From Anaeromyxobacteraceae bacterium (GTDB lineage: Bacteria; Myxococcota; Myxococcia; Myxococcales; Anaeromyxobacteraceae), in assembly GCA_047602405.1 (NCBI GenBank), contig JASGHJ010000002.1:1184001-1248000 (forward strand): DNA of 64,000 nt. The letters are read 5' to 3'. Under the pieces are notes generated by a model that saw only the letters and a list, made by a program, of their open reading frames with translations, made no database searches and was not told the DNA's origin. The stretch's first letter is position 1; each line of letters opens with the position of its first letter. A program made the position numbers and the translations under genes. This document shows positions 31,838 through 43,373 of this stretch, one piece after another.

Positions 31838-33175
31838 CTAACCCTTCACCTCGCGCGCGAACAGCTCGATGAGCTCCGGCGTGTGGACCTCGGTGGCGAC
31901 GCACAGGAGCGCGCCCTTGGACCAGGGCCGCCCGGGGTACCAGCGCCCGAGCGGCGCGCCGGCCACGATCCCCTTCTTCGCGAGCCGGGCGACCACCGCC
32001 TCGGCGTCGCCCACGTCGAACGCGATCTCGTTGAACCCGGGCGCCGAGAAGATCGGCTTCACGCCGACCTTCGCCATCGCGTCCTTCAGCAGGCGCGCCC
32101 GCGCGAAGTTGACCTTCGCGAGCTGGGCGAGCCCCTGCTTGCCGAGGAGCGACAGGTGGATCGTCGCGGCGAGCGCGCAGAGGCCCGCGTTCGTGCAGAC
32201 GTTCGAGGTCGCCTTCTCGCGGCGGATGTGCTGCTCGCGCGTCGAGAGGGTCAGGACGAAGCCGCGCCGGCCCAGCTTGTCGACGGTGGCGCCGGCGACG
32301 CGGCCGGGCAGCTGGCGGAGGTGCTCCTCGCGCGCGGCGAAGAAGCCGGGCGCGGGGCCGCCGAACTGGACCGGGTTGCCGAAGCTCTGGAACGTGCCGA
32401 CGGCCACGTCGGCGCCGAGGGCGCCCGGGGCCTGGAGCGCGCCGAGCGCGACGGCCTCGCTGGTGACCGAGACGGTGAGCGCGCCGGCCTTCTTCGCGAT
32501 GGCGGCGGCCTCGGGGAGCGCGTCGACGACGCCGGTGAAGGCCGGGTAGCCGACGATCACCGCGGCGGTGTCCGCGTCGACCGCCTTCTCGAGCGCGGCG
32601 AGGTCGGTGCGCCCGTCGGCGCCGAAGGGCACCTCGACGATGGTGGTGTGGCCCGCGCGCAGGTAGGTCGCGAGGACCTTCACGTACTCGGGGTGGACCG
32701 CGGCGGAGACGACGATCTTCTTCCGGCCGGTGAGGCGGCGCGCCATGAGCGCGGCCTCGGCCATCGCGGACGCGCCGTCGTAGAGCGACGCGTTCGAGAC
32801 GTCCATCCCGGTGAGCAGGCAGACGTAGGTCTGCCACTCGAAGAGCGCCTGCAGCGTGCCCTGCGAGATCTCCGGCTGGTACGGCGTGTAGGCCGTGAAG
32901 AACTCGCCGCGGAGCAGGAGCTGGTCCACCACCGGCGGCACGTGGTGCGGGTAGGCCCCGGCGCCGGCGAAGGGCGGGTGGGCCGCCACGTTCTTCGCCG
33001 CGAGCCGCTGGAACTCGGCGAAGAGGGAGACCTCGTCGAGGGCGGGCGGGAGGTCGAGCGGCCGGTTCAGCCGCAGGCGCTCGGGGATCGAGCGGAACAG
33101 GTCGTCGAGGCTCGTCGCCCCGGTGGCGTCGAGCATCGCCCGGATGTCCTCGGGCGTGTGGGGATGGTAGCGCAA
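31838..33175 (-). CDS. gcvPA: Glycine dehydrogenase (decarboxylating) subunit 1
   Basis: [48 protein letters not shown]. Confidence 0.97.
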   Translation of the reverse strand: MRYHPHTPEDIRAMLDATGATSLDDLFRSIPERLRLNRPLDLPPALDEVSLFAEFQRLAAKNVAAHPPFAGAGAYPHHVPPVVDQLLLRGEFFTAYTPYQPEISQGTLQALFEWQTYVCLLTGMDVSNASLYDGASAMAEAALMARRLTGRKKIVVSAAVHPEYVKVLATYLRAGHTTIVEVPFGADGRTDLAALEKAVDADTAAVIVGYPAFTGVVDALPEAAAIAKKAGALTVSVTSEAVALGALQAPGALGADVAVGTFQSFGNPVQFGGPAPGFFAAREEHLRQLPGRVAGATVDKLGRRGFVLTLSTREQHIRREKATSNVCTNAGLCALAATIHLSLLGKQGLAQLAKVNFARARLLKDAMAKVGVKPIFSAPGFNEIAFDVGDAEAVVARLAKKGIVAGAPLGRWYPGRPWSKGALLCVATEVHTPELIELFAREVKG

Positions 33176-33179
33176 GGAC

Positions 33180-33566
33180 TTACTCCTGCTCCTCGACGAA
33201 CTCGCGGTAGGTCTTCGCGTCCATGAGGGCGTCGGCCTCGGACGCGTCGGTCGGCTCGATGACGATCATCCAGCCCTCCTCGTACGGGTCCGAGTTGATG
33301 GTCTCGGGCGCGTCGGTGAGGGGGTCGTTGACCTCGACGACCTTGCCGCTGACGGGGGCGAACAGCTCGGAGACGGCCTTCGTCGACTCGACGACGCCGA
33401 ACGACTCACCCTTCTTCACGGCGTCGCCCACGGCGGGCAGCTCGACGAACACCACGTCGCCCAGGGAGTCCTGCGCGAAGTCGGTGATGCCGACGACGAG
33501 GTTCGAGCCCTTCTTCCTCGTCCACTCGTGCTCGCGCGTGTAACGGAGGTCCTCGGGGAAGTCCAT
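33180..33566 (-). CDS. gcvH: Glycine cleavage system H protein
   Basis: [27 protein letters not shown], lipoyl [15 protein letters not shown]. Confidence 0.97.
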   Translation of the reverse strand: MDFPEDLRYTREHEWTRKKGSNLVVGITDFAQDSLGDVVFVELPAVGDAVKKGESFGVVESTKAVSELFAPVSGKVVEVNDPLTDAPETINSDPYEEGWMIVIEPTDASEADALMDAKTYREFVEEQE

Positions 33567-33642
33567 GTTCGTCTCCAGGCGGTTCGTTGAGAGGCGGGCG
33601 TCCGGATGCAGCGCCCCCGTTGATCGAAGCTCGGTGATCGGA

Positions 33643-34725
<1,083 letters not shown>

Positions 34726-34806
34726 GGCGGCAGTTGCCTCGGGGCCTGCGTGCAGCGTCGGGGGGCCGGGCTGCGGTTGGGTGCGGCTGGGTCGGAAGGC
34801 GGGCGG

Positions 34807-34834
34807 ATTCTACTTCTGCGGACCCCCCGGTCAA
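34807..34834 (-). promoter_or_regulatory. Sigma-70-type promoter of the gcv operon
   Basis: Minus strand TTGACC-N16-TAGAAT about 80 nt upstream of gcvT. Confidence 0.6.
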
Positions 34835-34954
34835 GGTGTGCCGGCGGGCCAGGCTGGCCCTCCCGTTACAGGCGAGAGCCCCCGGATTCAAGCGATAAAA
34901 CGGGCGCTTCAGCCGTGTGCCGTGATCACGGTGCGTCCCGGGCCGCCGGATCGC

Positions 34955-36118
34955 TCAGGGGGCGGCGCAGGTGGACGGTTCGCAGCGCCCCGGCCCGGCC
35001 GCCGCGCAGCAGTACAGGGGCTCCCCGCGCTCCGACTCGAACCGGTAGCGCCACCCCGCGGGCGATGCCTCGAGCACGCCGTACCCCCAGTGAACCGTCC
35101 CGAACAGCCGCCGGGTCCCGGCCGGCGCCGGATCCCCGAACCGCTCGAGCGTGCGGCCGCGTGCGCCGGCGCCGGAGACGAAGACGTCCAGCCCGGACGG
35201 GGCGCGCAGGTGCTGGAGGTCGTGGTCGTGACCGCCGAGCCACGCTCGGATCCGCCCCTGCCCGGCAGCGAGGAGCGCCGCCACGCGCTCCTGGTAGCGC
35301 GCGCCCGCGGCCTCGCCCGCGTGGCTGCCCGCCGTGGCGGCCGGGTGGTGGCCGAGGAGGAAGCACCACGGCTTCGCGCACCCGCCCGGCTCCGCCTCGC
35401 ACGCGTCGGCCCGGCAGCCGGGCGCCTCGGCGGCGACGAACGCCACCTCGTCCTCGAACCGGAAGCCTCCGTAGTCGGTCTCGAGGAGATTCGTGTCCAC
35501 GAAGAGGAACCGCGCCGAGCCGTGGCCGGCGGCGTGGTGGCGGCCGGGCAGGTTCCAGACCGCGGTCCGGCGCGCGACGGCGAGGCAGGCCTTCGTGCGC
35601 GCCTCGGCGCGGCGATCGGCGGTCCTGCCGCACCCGCCGGAGGTCGCGACGTCGTGGTTGCCGAGCCCGAGGAGGAAGGTGGCCGGAGAGGGCGCCCGCG
35701 CGAGCGGGGCGAGCGGCGCCTCGAGGCGGGCGAACGCCGGGTCGTCGGGCGGCGCGTAGCCCGGGGCGACGGTGGCGTCGTCGGGGGCGAAGGCGCACGC
35801 CGCGGCGCCGGGGAGGGTGGCGTCCGGGCCGCAGTCGTACACGAGGTCGCCCGGGACGAGCGCCACGTCGAACGGGGCGCGGGCGTGGGCGGCGGCGACG
35901 CCCTCCGCCGTGGCGTCCTGCTGGCAGCCGGTCTTCCCGAAGTCGGCGAGGTGGAGCGCCCGCACGTCCGGGGCGCCGAGCGGCGGCGCCTCGCCGGGGT
36001 GGAGCGCCTCGCCGCTGCGGACCGTGAACTCCGGGGAGGCGCAGCAGGCGGCGAGCCCCGCCAGCGCCGCGGCCACCGCGAGCGCGGCGGGCCCGCCGGC
36101 GCCGGCGGCCAGCCTCAC
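34955..36118 (-). CDS. Calcineurin-like metallophosphoesterase (TRAP/purple acid phosphatase-like), probable lipoprotein
   Basis: GTG start overlapping the folD stop; lipobox-like LAAC; ADFG, GDLVY, GNHD, GHHP, GHDH motifs. Confidence 0.85.
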   Translation of the reverse strand: MRLAAGAGGPAALAVAAALAGLAACCASPEFTVRSGEALHPGEAPPLGAPDVRALHLADFGKTGCQQDATAEGVAAAHARAPFDVALVPGDLVYDCGPDATLPGAAACAFAPDDATVAPGYAPPDDPAFARLEAPLAPLARAPSPATFLLGLGNHDVATSGGCGRTADRRAEARTKACLAVARRTAVWNLPGRHHAAGHGSARFLFVDTNLLETDYGGFRFEDEVAFVAAEAPGCRADACEAEPGGCAKPWCFLLGHHPAATAGSHAGEAAGARYQERVAALLAAGQGRIRAWLGGHDHDLQHLRAPSGLDVFVSGAGARGRTLERFGDPAPAGTRRLFGTVHWGYGVLEASPAGWRYRFESERGEPLYCCAAAGPGRCEPSTCAAP

Positions 36119-36960
36119 GCGGCGCCCTTCGCCGCGAGGTCGAGCGTGTTCACGAGGAGCATGGCGCGGGTCATGAGGCCGACGCCGCCCGGCACGGGCG
36201 AGATGGCGGCGGCCCGCTTCGAGGCCTCGGCGAACTCGACGTCGCCGACGAGCTTCCCGTCGGCGCGCTTGTTCATGCCGACGTCGATGACGACGGCGCC
36301 CGGCTTGATCCAGGCGCCCTTCACGAGCTCGGCCTTGCCGATCGCGGCCACGACGATGTCGGCGCGGCCGACCTCGCCCGGGAGGTCCTCGGTGCGGGAG
36401 TGGGCGATCGTCACCGTGGCGTGGCGCTCGAGGAGCATCGCCGCCATGGGCTTCCCGACGATGTTCGAGCGGCCGATCACGATGGCGCGCTTGCCCTTCG
36501 GATCGACCTTCGCCTCCTCCAGCATCCGCATCACGCCCGCCGGCGTGCAGGGGCGGGGGACGCCGGGGATGCCGATGGAGAGCGCCCCGACGTTGAAGGG
36601 GTGGAAGCCGTCGGCGTCCTTCGCGGGCGAGATGGCGTCGAGCACCGCGCGCTCGTCGAGCCCCTTCGGCAGCGGGAGCTGGACGAGGATGCCGTGAACG
36701 GAGGGATCGGCGTTCAGCCGGTGGACGAGCGAGAGGAGCTCCGCCTGCGTGGTCGTGGCCGCGAGGTGGTGCTCCACCGAGTGGATCCCGACCTCCTCGC
36801 AGTCCCGCCGCTTGCCGCGGACGTAGACCTCGGACGCCGGGTCGTCGCCCACGCGCACCACCGTGAGGCCGGGCGAGATGCCGCGGGCCTTCATCGCCTT
36901 CACCCGCTCCGCGACCTCGGCGCGCACCTTCGCCGCGATGATCTTGCCGTCGATGATCAT
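36115..36960 (-). CDS. folD: Bifunctional methylenetetrahydrofolate dehydrogenase/cyclohydrolase
   Basis: [44 protein letters not shown]. Confidence 0.97.
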   Translation of the reverse strand: MIIDGKIIAAKVRAEVAERVKAMKARGISPGLTVVRVGDDPASEVYVRGKRRDCEEVGIHSVEHHLAATTTQAELLSLVHRLNADPSVHGILVQLPLPKGLDERAVLDAISPAKDADGFHPFNVGALSIGIPGVPRPCTPAGVMRMLEEAKVDPKGKRAIVIGRSNIVGKPMAAMLLERHATVTIAHSRTEDLPGEVGRADIVVAAIGKAELVKGAWIKPGAVVIDVGMNKRADGKLVGDVEFAEASKRAAAISPVPGGVGLMTRAMLLVNTLDLAAKGAA

Positions 36961-37056
36961 GAGGCGGTGGAGTATACCGGCGGCGCGGCGCGGCGGGACC
37001 GGCTAACATCGGTGGCGTTCCTCGAGCAGTCCGACCCGCGCCCGGAGGAGACCCCG

Positions 37057-37527
37057 ATGGACCACACCTGCCCGAACCCGCGCGGCGACCGTCCCTGCGG
37101 CACGCCCCTCGACGAGGCCGGCGCCTGCGTCACCTGCGCCGCCGAGGGCGAGGGGCTGAAGCTCCTGCGCCGCGAGCAGTTCTCCCGAATCCGCGAGCTC
37201 CACACGCTCCTCGAGGAGCGCGGCCTCGCGCCCGAGATGGAGCGCGTGCCGGCCGCGACGCCGGAGCAGCGCGCGCAGCCGCTCTGGAACCTCTACGTGC
37301 CGGCCGGTGAGGTCGAGGCCGCCGCCGAGGCGCTCGGGAGCGACTGGGTGAACCTGCTCGGCGACCCGGAGGCGGTGGAGGCCGCCGCCCGCGGCGAGGC
37401 CGGCATCGCCCTCGACGCCGAGGCGGACGTGACCTGCCCGGCCTGCGGGCACGTCTTCCGGCTCGCGCCGGGCGCCACCGACTGCCCGGACTGCGGCCTC
37501 TCCCTCGGCGTCCCCGAAGCCCCGTAA
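37057..37527 (+). CDS. Hypothetical protein with Cys clusters at both ends (zinc-ribbon-like)
   Basis: GGAGGAG RBS; C-x8-C...CVTC at the N-terminus; CPAC-x11-CPDC at the C-terminus. Confidence 0.75.
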   Translation: MDHTCPNPRGDRPCGTPLDEAGACVTCAAEGEGLKLLRREQFSRIRELHTLLEERGLAPEMERVPAATPEQRAQPLWNLYVPAGEVEAAAEALGSDWVNLLGDPEAVEAAARGEAGIALDAEADVTCPACGHVFRLAPGATDCPDCGLSLGVPEAP

Positions 37528-37541
37528 GCGAGGGAGAACCC

Positions 37542-38546
37542 TTGGCCCGCGAGCTCAGCGACCTCCACATCCACGTCGGCGGCGCCGTGGCGCCCCATGT
37601 GCTCTGGTCCATCGCCCACGACCAGGGCTTCAAGCTGCCGGTCGCCGACTACTGGGAGTTCAAGGAGCTCATCTCGGCCCGGCCCGGCAAGGTCGGCTCG
37701 CTCGACGAGTACCTCGCGGTCCTGCACCAGTGGACGGAGCGCATCCAGTCCTCGCCGCAGGCGATGGAGCGGAGCGTCTACGAGGTCATCGGGAAGGAGT
37801 ACCGCTCCTCCCGCGTCTCGCTCATCGAGCTGCGCTTCAACCCGATGAAGCGCAACGTCGGCGGCGAGCGCGACCTCGACCACATCATCCACGCCGCCCT
37901 GCGCGGCATGGACCGCGCCGTGCTCGAGTACGGCGTGCGCGCGGGCCTGCTCTTCTGCCTCGCCCGCGAGTTCGACGTGAAGCTCAACGAGATCATCGTC
38001 GAGAAGGCCATCAAGTACCGCCGCCGCGGCGTCGTCGGCATCGACCTCGCGGGCACCGAGAAGAACGCGCTCGAGACGCAGCCGAAGGAGCTCGCCCGCT
38101 ACCGCGCGCTCTTCGAGCGCGCCCGCGCCGCGGGGCTCAAGACCACCGTCCACACCGGCGAGACCGCCGGCACCGGCCCCGAGGGCGTGCGCGCCGTCGT
38201 GGAGGTGCTCGAGCCGAACCGCATCGGCCACGGCATCGCCGCCGCGCAGGACGAGCGGGTGATGGACCTGCTGCGCGAGCGCGGCATCGTGCTCGAGATC
38301 TGCCCGAGCTCGAACCTCGCCACCCGCGCCGTCGCCTCGCTCGAGGAGCTCGGCGGCATCCTGACGAAGTTCTGGGACCGCGGCGTCCGCTTCACGCTCA
38401 ACACCGACGGCCCGTACCTCCTCGACACGAGCATGCGCAGCGAGGTCCGCATGATCCGCGAGGCCGGCGTGCTCGCCGACGAGCAGGTCGACCAGGCCAT
38501 CGCCTGGGCCCGCGAGGCGACGTTCGTGCCGGACGGGGGATACTGA
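37542..38546 (+). CDS. Adenosine/adenine deaminase family protein
   Basis: DLHIHVGG, IELRFNP, GIDLAG, HTGE, RIGHG, EICPSSN, NTDGP. Confidence 0.92.
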   Translation: MARELSDLHIHVGGAVAPHVLWSIAHDQGFKLPVADYWEFKELISARPGKVGSLDEYLAVLHQWTERIQSSPQAMERSVYEVIGKEYRSSRVSLIELRFNPMKRNVGGERDLDHIIHAALRGMDRAVLEYGVRAGLLFCLAREFDVKLNEIIVEKAIKYRRRGVVGIDLAGTEKNALETQPKELARYRALFERARAAGLKTTVHTGETAGTGPEGVRAVVEVLEPNRIGHGIAAAQDERVMDLLRERGIVLEICPSSNLATRAVASLEELGGILTKFWDRGVRFTLNTDGPYLLDTSMRSEVRMIREAGVLADEQVDQAIAWAREATFVPDGGY

Positions 38547-38967
38547 GTTGCCAGGGAGCTCGGCGCGCTCCACCCCGGCGGCGACCCCGACCCGTGCGCC
38601 CCGAGCGTAGGGCCGCGCAGCGGCCCGGAGACGAGGGGCGGGGCTCGGCGGGTTGACGAAACGTGAACAGCGCTGCGGTGCTGTTCGGGACGAACCGTGA
38701 AACCGAGGAACGACGAGGGGGTGGCCGCCGATATGCGGTTTCCCTGCCAGCAGGGAGACATGCCCCGACCGAAGCCCCTCCTTGGAGTTTGGTTCAGCCG
38801 GCTGAACTGGCGAATTTCGCCGCGCAAGCTCCTGCCAGGCCTCGGGATTGTCCCCCCCCCGCGTTCGGGAGCCGCGGGCGAACGCCGCCCGTCGCTTCGG
38901 CCGCCGCGCTGAGCGTCGGCCTCCACTTTCCGTAAGATTCCCGGCGTCCCCGCCGCCAGGAGCGTCC

Positions 38968-39105
38968 GTGATCCGCGACCCCGCGAAGGAAACGGCCGAG
39001 ATGCTCGCCGTCGCGCTCGCCTTCGAGCGCAGCTGGGGCTGGGTGCGCCTCGCGGTGATCGCGGTCGGCTTGACGGGCTGGCTTTGGTGGCTCGCGGCGC
39101 GCTGA
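38968..39105 (+). CDS. Small membrane protein (45 aa)
   Basis: AGGAG RBS before GTG; MIRDPAKETAEMLAVALAFERSWGWVRLAVIAVGLTGWLWWLAAR. Confidence 0.5.
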   Translation: MIRDPAKETAEMLAVALAFERSWGWVRLAVIAVGLTGWLWWLAAR

Positions 39106-39227
39106 CCCTCCCGCCCGCGTCCCTCCCGTAGCACCCGGGTCCTCGCCGGGCAGTCGCCAGGGCAGCCGGGCGTACGAACCATCGGTGTGCAGGCGCCCAC
39201 CCGGTGACCCGCGCGCCGAGGTACCGC

Positions 39228-40725
39228 ATGTCGAGCCCCGCCCAGGATCCGCGCACCCTCACGCCGGCCCTCCCGCCGCCGCGGCTCGTGCTCGCGGGCG
39301 AGCTCGTCGAGCCCGCCGACGGCGGCCTCCTCCCGGTCGTGAACCCCGCGACGGGCGCGCACCTGTGCGACGCGCCCGCGGCGGGCTCGCGCGACGTGGA
39401 CGCGGCGGTGCGCGCGGCGCGGCGCGCGTTCGAGGCGGGCCCGTGGCGCACCATGGGTCCCCGCGCGCGCGGCGCGCTCCTGCGCAAGCTCGCGGAGGCG
39501 CTGCAGGCCCGGCGGGAGGCCTTCGCGCTCGTCGAGTCGCTCGAGAACGGGAAGACCTTCGGCGAGGCGATCCGCGGGGACGTGGCCCCGGGGGCGGCGA
39601 CGCTGGCGTGGTGGTCGGAGGTGCCCGGGCGCATCCTCGGCGAGGTGCTGCCGGTCGAGGGGCCGTTCCAGGCGCTCTCGCTGCGGGAGCCGCTCGGCGT
39701 GGTCGCCGCGATCGTGCCCTGGAACTACCCGACCTGCCTCGCCTGCTGGAAGCTCGGCCCGGCGCTCGCGGCGGGGAACACCGTGGTCCTCAAGCCGTCG
39801 GAGCTGACGCCGCTCACCGCGCTCATGCTCGGCGCGCTCGCGCTCGAGGTCGGCTTCCCGCCCGGCGTCCTGAACGTGCTGCCCGGGCTCGGCGAGGTGG
39901 CCGGCGAGGCGCTGGCGCGCCACCCCGACGTGGACAAGGTCGCGTTCACCGGGTCGATCCGGACCGCGCGGCGGCTCCTCGCGGCGTCGGGCGAGACCAA
40001 CCTCAAGAAGCTCTCGCTCGAGCTCGGCGGGAAGAGCCCGCAGCTCGTCTTCGCCGACGCGGACCTCGAGGCCGCGGCCGAGGCGTGCACCTGGGGCGTG
40101 TTCGGCAACAAGGGCGAGATCTGCAACGCCGGCTCGCGCGTGCTCGTGGAGGCACCGGCCTACGACGCCTTCGTCGAGGCGCTCGCCGCGCGGGCCCGGC
40201 GGCTCGTGGTCGGCAATCCCCTCGAATCCCGCCACCGAGGTGGGCGCGCTCGTGTCGGCCCGCCAGCGCGAGGCGGTGCTGGGCTGGGTGGCGCGCGGCC
40301 GCGAGGAGGGCGCCCGGCTCGTCGAGGGCGGGGGCCGCGTCGTCGACGGCGCGCTCGCCCGCGGCAACTTCGTGCGCCCGGCCGTGTTCGCGGACGTCGC
40401 GCCCGGCGCGGCCATCGCGCAGGAGGAGATCTTCGGCCCGGTGGTGGCCTGCCTCCGCTTCGAGCGGGAGGACGAGGCGGTCGCGCTCGCCAACGGCACC
40501 CGCTACGGGCTCGCGGCCGCGCTCTGGACGGCCGACGTCGCCCGCGCCCAATCCCTCGCGCGGCGCCTGCAGGCCGGGGTGGTCTGGATCAACTGCTTCA
40601 ACGCGTTCGACGACGCCGCGCCGTTCGGCGGCGTGAAGCAGTCGGGCTGGGGCCGCGACCTCTCGCACCACGCGCTCGAGGGTTACCTCTCGCACAAGGC
40701 CGTGTGGACCCGGCTCCCGGAGTGA
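39228..40725 (+). CDS. Aldehyde dehydrogenase (PuuC-like) with an apparent 1-nt insertion at about 40224-40228
   Basis: IVPWNYP, VVLKPSELTP, FTGS, LELGGKSP, catalytic GEICNAGSR; continues in ORF 40240-40725 (EEIFGPV, PFGGVKQSG). Confidence 0.9.
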
Positions 40726-40727
40726 CC

Positions 40728-42152
40728 ATGCCCCCGCCCGTCGAACAGGCCATCTCCGATCGCGCCGGCGCCCCGCCGGCGGCCGACCCCGCGCCCGCGT
40801 CCGAGGCCACGCGCCTCGAGGCCTGGCTCGCCGAGCGGGGCATCGCCCACGCGAAGCTCGGCGCCTTCGACGTGGACGGCGTGTGGCGCGGCAAGTACGT
40901 CTCGATCGAGAAGCTCCTGTCGTCCGTGAAGGGCGGGCTCGGCTTCTGCGACGTGGTCTTCGGCTGGGACCTCTCGGACCAGCTCTACGACAACGCGCGG
41001 CTCACCGGGTGGCACACGGGCTACCCCGACGCGCAGGCCGTGGTGGACACCTCGACGGCGCGGGTCATCCCCTGGGAGCCCGACACCGCGGCGTTCGTCC
41101 TCGACTTCGTGCGGCCCGACGGCGAGCCGCTCGAGGCCTCCCCGCGCCAGCTGCTGCGGCGCGTGGGACGTCGGGCGCGGGCGCTCGGGTTCCTCCCGCG
41201 GGTGGGCGCGGAGTTCGAGTACTTCGTCTTCCGGGAGACGCCCGCCACGCTGCGGCAGAAGGGCTTCCGGGAGCTCGAGCCCTTGTCGCCCGGGATGTTC
41301 GGCTACTCCTGGCTGCGCACCTCCGCGAACGCCGACCTCGTGCACGCCATCGTGGACGGGTGCAACGCGTTCGGCGTGCCGGTCGAGGGCATGCACACCG
41401 AGACCGGCCCCGGCGTGTACGAGACCGCCATCCGCTACGGCGACCTCGAGCTCGCGGCGGACCGGGCCGCGCTCTTCAAGACCGCCGTGAAGGAGCTCTG
41501 CGCCCGCCGCCAGCTCACCGCCTGCTTCATGGCGAAGTGGAGCCCGTCCTTGCCCGGCTGCTCCGGGCACCTCCACGTCTCGCTCTGGAGCCTCGACGGG
41601 GCGCGGAACGCGTTCTTCGACCCCGCCGCCCCGCGGGAGGCGAGCGAGACCCTCCGCCACTTCGTCGGCGGGCAGCTCACGCTCATGCCGGAGCTGACCG
41701 CGCTCTCGTGGCCGACGGTCAACAGCTACAAGCGCAGCGTCGAGCACACCTGGGCCCCGACCACCGCGACGTGGGGCTTCGAGAACCGCACCTGCGCGCT
41801 CCGCGTGATCGGCGGCGGCGCGAAGGGCACGCGCGTGGAGGTCCGCCAGCCCGGCGCCGACGCGAACCCCTACCTCTCGATGGCCGCCGCCCTCGCGGCC
41901 GGGCTGTGGGGCGTCGAGCACCGGGTCGAGCCGCCGGCGCCCTGCGCGGGCAACGGGTACGCGGAGGCGGCCGCGCCGCTCCCCCGGAACCTGCGCGACG
42001 CCACCGCGCTGCTCGCCGGCTCGGCGCGCGCCCGCGAGCTCCTCGGCGAGGCCTTCGTGGACCACTTCGTCCGGACCCGCGAGTGGGAGGTCCGGCAGCA
42101 CGAGCGCGCGGTGACGAGCTGGGAGCTCGAGCGGTACCTCGAGCTCGTCTGA
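40728..42152 (+). CDS. Glutamine synthetase-like gamma-glutamyl-amine ligase (PuuA/GlnA4-like)
   Basis: DVDGVWRGK, TGYPD, GAEFEYF, HTETGPGVYE, FMAKW, GCSGHLHVSL, TWGFENRT, EVRQPGADANPY. Confidence 0.9.
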   Translation: MPPPVEQAISDRAGAPPAADPAPASEATRLEAWLAERGIAHAKLGAFDVDGVWRGKYVSIEKLLSSVKGGLGFCDVVFGWDLSDQLYDNARLTGWHTGYPDAQAVVDTSTARVIPWEPDTAAFVLDFVRPDGEPLEASPRQLLRRVGRRARALGFLPRVGAEFEYFVFRETPATLRQKGFRELEPLSPGMFGYSWLRTSANADLVHAIVDGCNAFGVPVEGMHTETGPGVYETAIRYGDLELAADRAALFKTAVKELCARRQLTACFMAKWSPSLPGCSGHLHVSLWSLDGARNAFFDPAAPREASETLRHFVGGQLTLMPELTALSWPTVNSYKRSVEHTWAPTTATWGFENRTCALRVIGGGAKGTRVEVRQPGADANPYLSMAAALAAGLWGVEHRVEPPAPCAGNGYAEAAAPLPRNLRDATALLAGSARARELLGEAFVDHFVRTREWEVRQHERAVTSWELERYLELV

Positions 42153-42162
42153 GGAGGCGGCG

Positions 42163-43348
42163 ATGGAGCACTTCGACCTGCCCGCGGCGCCGGGCGTGAC
42201 CGAGCTCTCGTGGCCGACGCGGGTGACCCTCGGGCCGGGGGCCCTCGCGCGCCTGCCGGCCGTGCTCGCCCGCGCCGGGATCCGCCGGCCGCTCGTGGTC
42301 TGCGACCCCGGGGTCGCGCGCGCCGGCCTCGCGGGGCGCGTGCACCGGCTCCTCGAGGAGGCGGACCTGCGCGCCGCCCGGTTCGAGGAGGTGTCGGCGA
42401 ACCCGACCGACCGCGACGCCGACGCCGGCCTCGAGGCCTACCGGCGCGGGGCGTGCGACGGGATCGTCGCGCTCGGCGGCGGCAGCGCCATCGACGCCGG
42501 CAAGCTCGTGCAGCTCCTCGTGCACCACCCGCCGCCGCTCTCCCGCTACGACGACGCCGCCGGGGGCGATCGCCTGATCACCGACGCGCTCCCGCCGCTC
42601 GTCGCGATCCCGACGACCGCGGGCACCGGCTCCGAGGTGGGCCGCTCGGCCGTGGTGACGCTCCCCGAGACCGGCCGGAAGACCGTCGTCTTCAGCCCGC
42701 ACCTCCTGCCGCGCGCGGCCGTCTGCGACCCCGAGCTCACGGTCGGCCTCCCGCCCCACGTCACCGCCGCGACGGGCATGGACGCGCTCACCCACTGCCT
42801 CGAGGCGTACGTCGCGAGGGGGTTCCACCCGCTCGCGGACGCCGTGGCGCTCGACGGCTTGCGCCGGGTCGCGCGCTCGCTCCCGATCGCCTTCCGCGCG
42901 CCCGCGGAGCTCGCCGCGCGCACCGACATGATGGTCGCCGCGATGGAGGGCGCGATGGCCTTCCAGAAGGGGCTCGGGGCCGCGCACGCGCTCGCCCACG
43001 CGCTCACGCCGGTCGCCGGGCTCCACCACGGCCTCGCGAACGCGATCGTGTTGCCCGCGGTGATGGCGTTCAACGCCGGGGCGGCGACCGCGCGGCTCGC
43101 GCGCGTCGCGATCGTCCTCGGCGAGCCCGAGGGAGGGGCGCCCGCGGCGCTCGCGGAGGCGGCGATCGACCGGGTGCGCCGGCTCGCCGCCGTGCTCGGC
43201 CTGCCCGCCCGGCTGCGCGACGCGGGCGTGCGCGAGGAGCAGCTGCCGGAGAATCGCGCACAAGGCGTTCGCGGACGCCTCGCACCTCGGGAACCCGCGC
43301 CCGTGCACCGAGGCCGACCTGCTCGGCCTCGCGCGCGACGCGTTCTGA
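42163..43348 (+). CDS. Iron-containing alcohol dehydrogenase with an apparent 1-nt insertion at about 43251-43255
   Basis: GGGSAIDAGK, IPTTAGTGSEV, GMDALTHCLE, HALAH, HHGLANA; corrected C-terminus EIAHKAFADASHLGNPRPCTEADLLGLARDAF* ending at 43348. Confidence 0.9.
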
Positions 43349-43373
43349 GGCGAGGCCCGCGGCGGGCGACGCG

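Noticed and set aside
34726..34950. Glycine riboswitch upstream of gcvT
   Set aside because: No GGAGA...CCGAAG...CTCTCAGG aptamer pattern was found, and the predicted leader is only about 75 nt.
39204..42152. Apparent 982-aa ALDH-glutamine synthetase fusion
   Set aside because: It is produced by the 1-nt insertion at about 40225. The ALDH C-terminus is in another frame ending at 40725, and GS has its own ATG at 40728.
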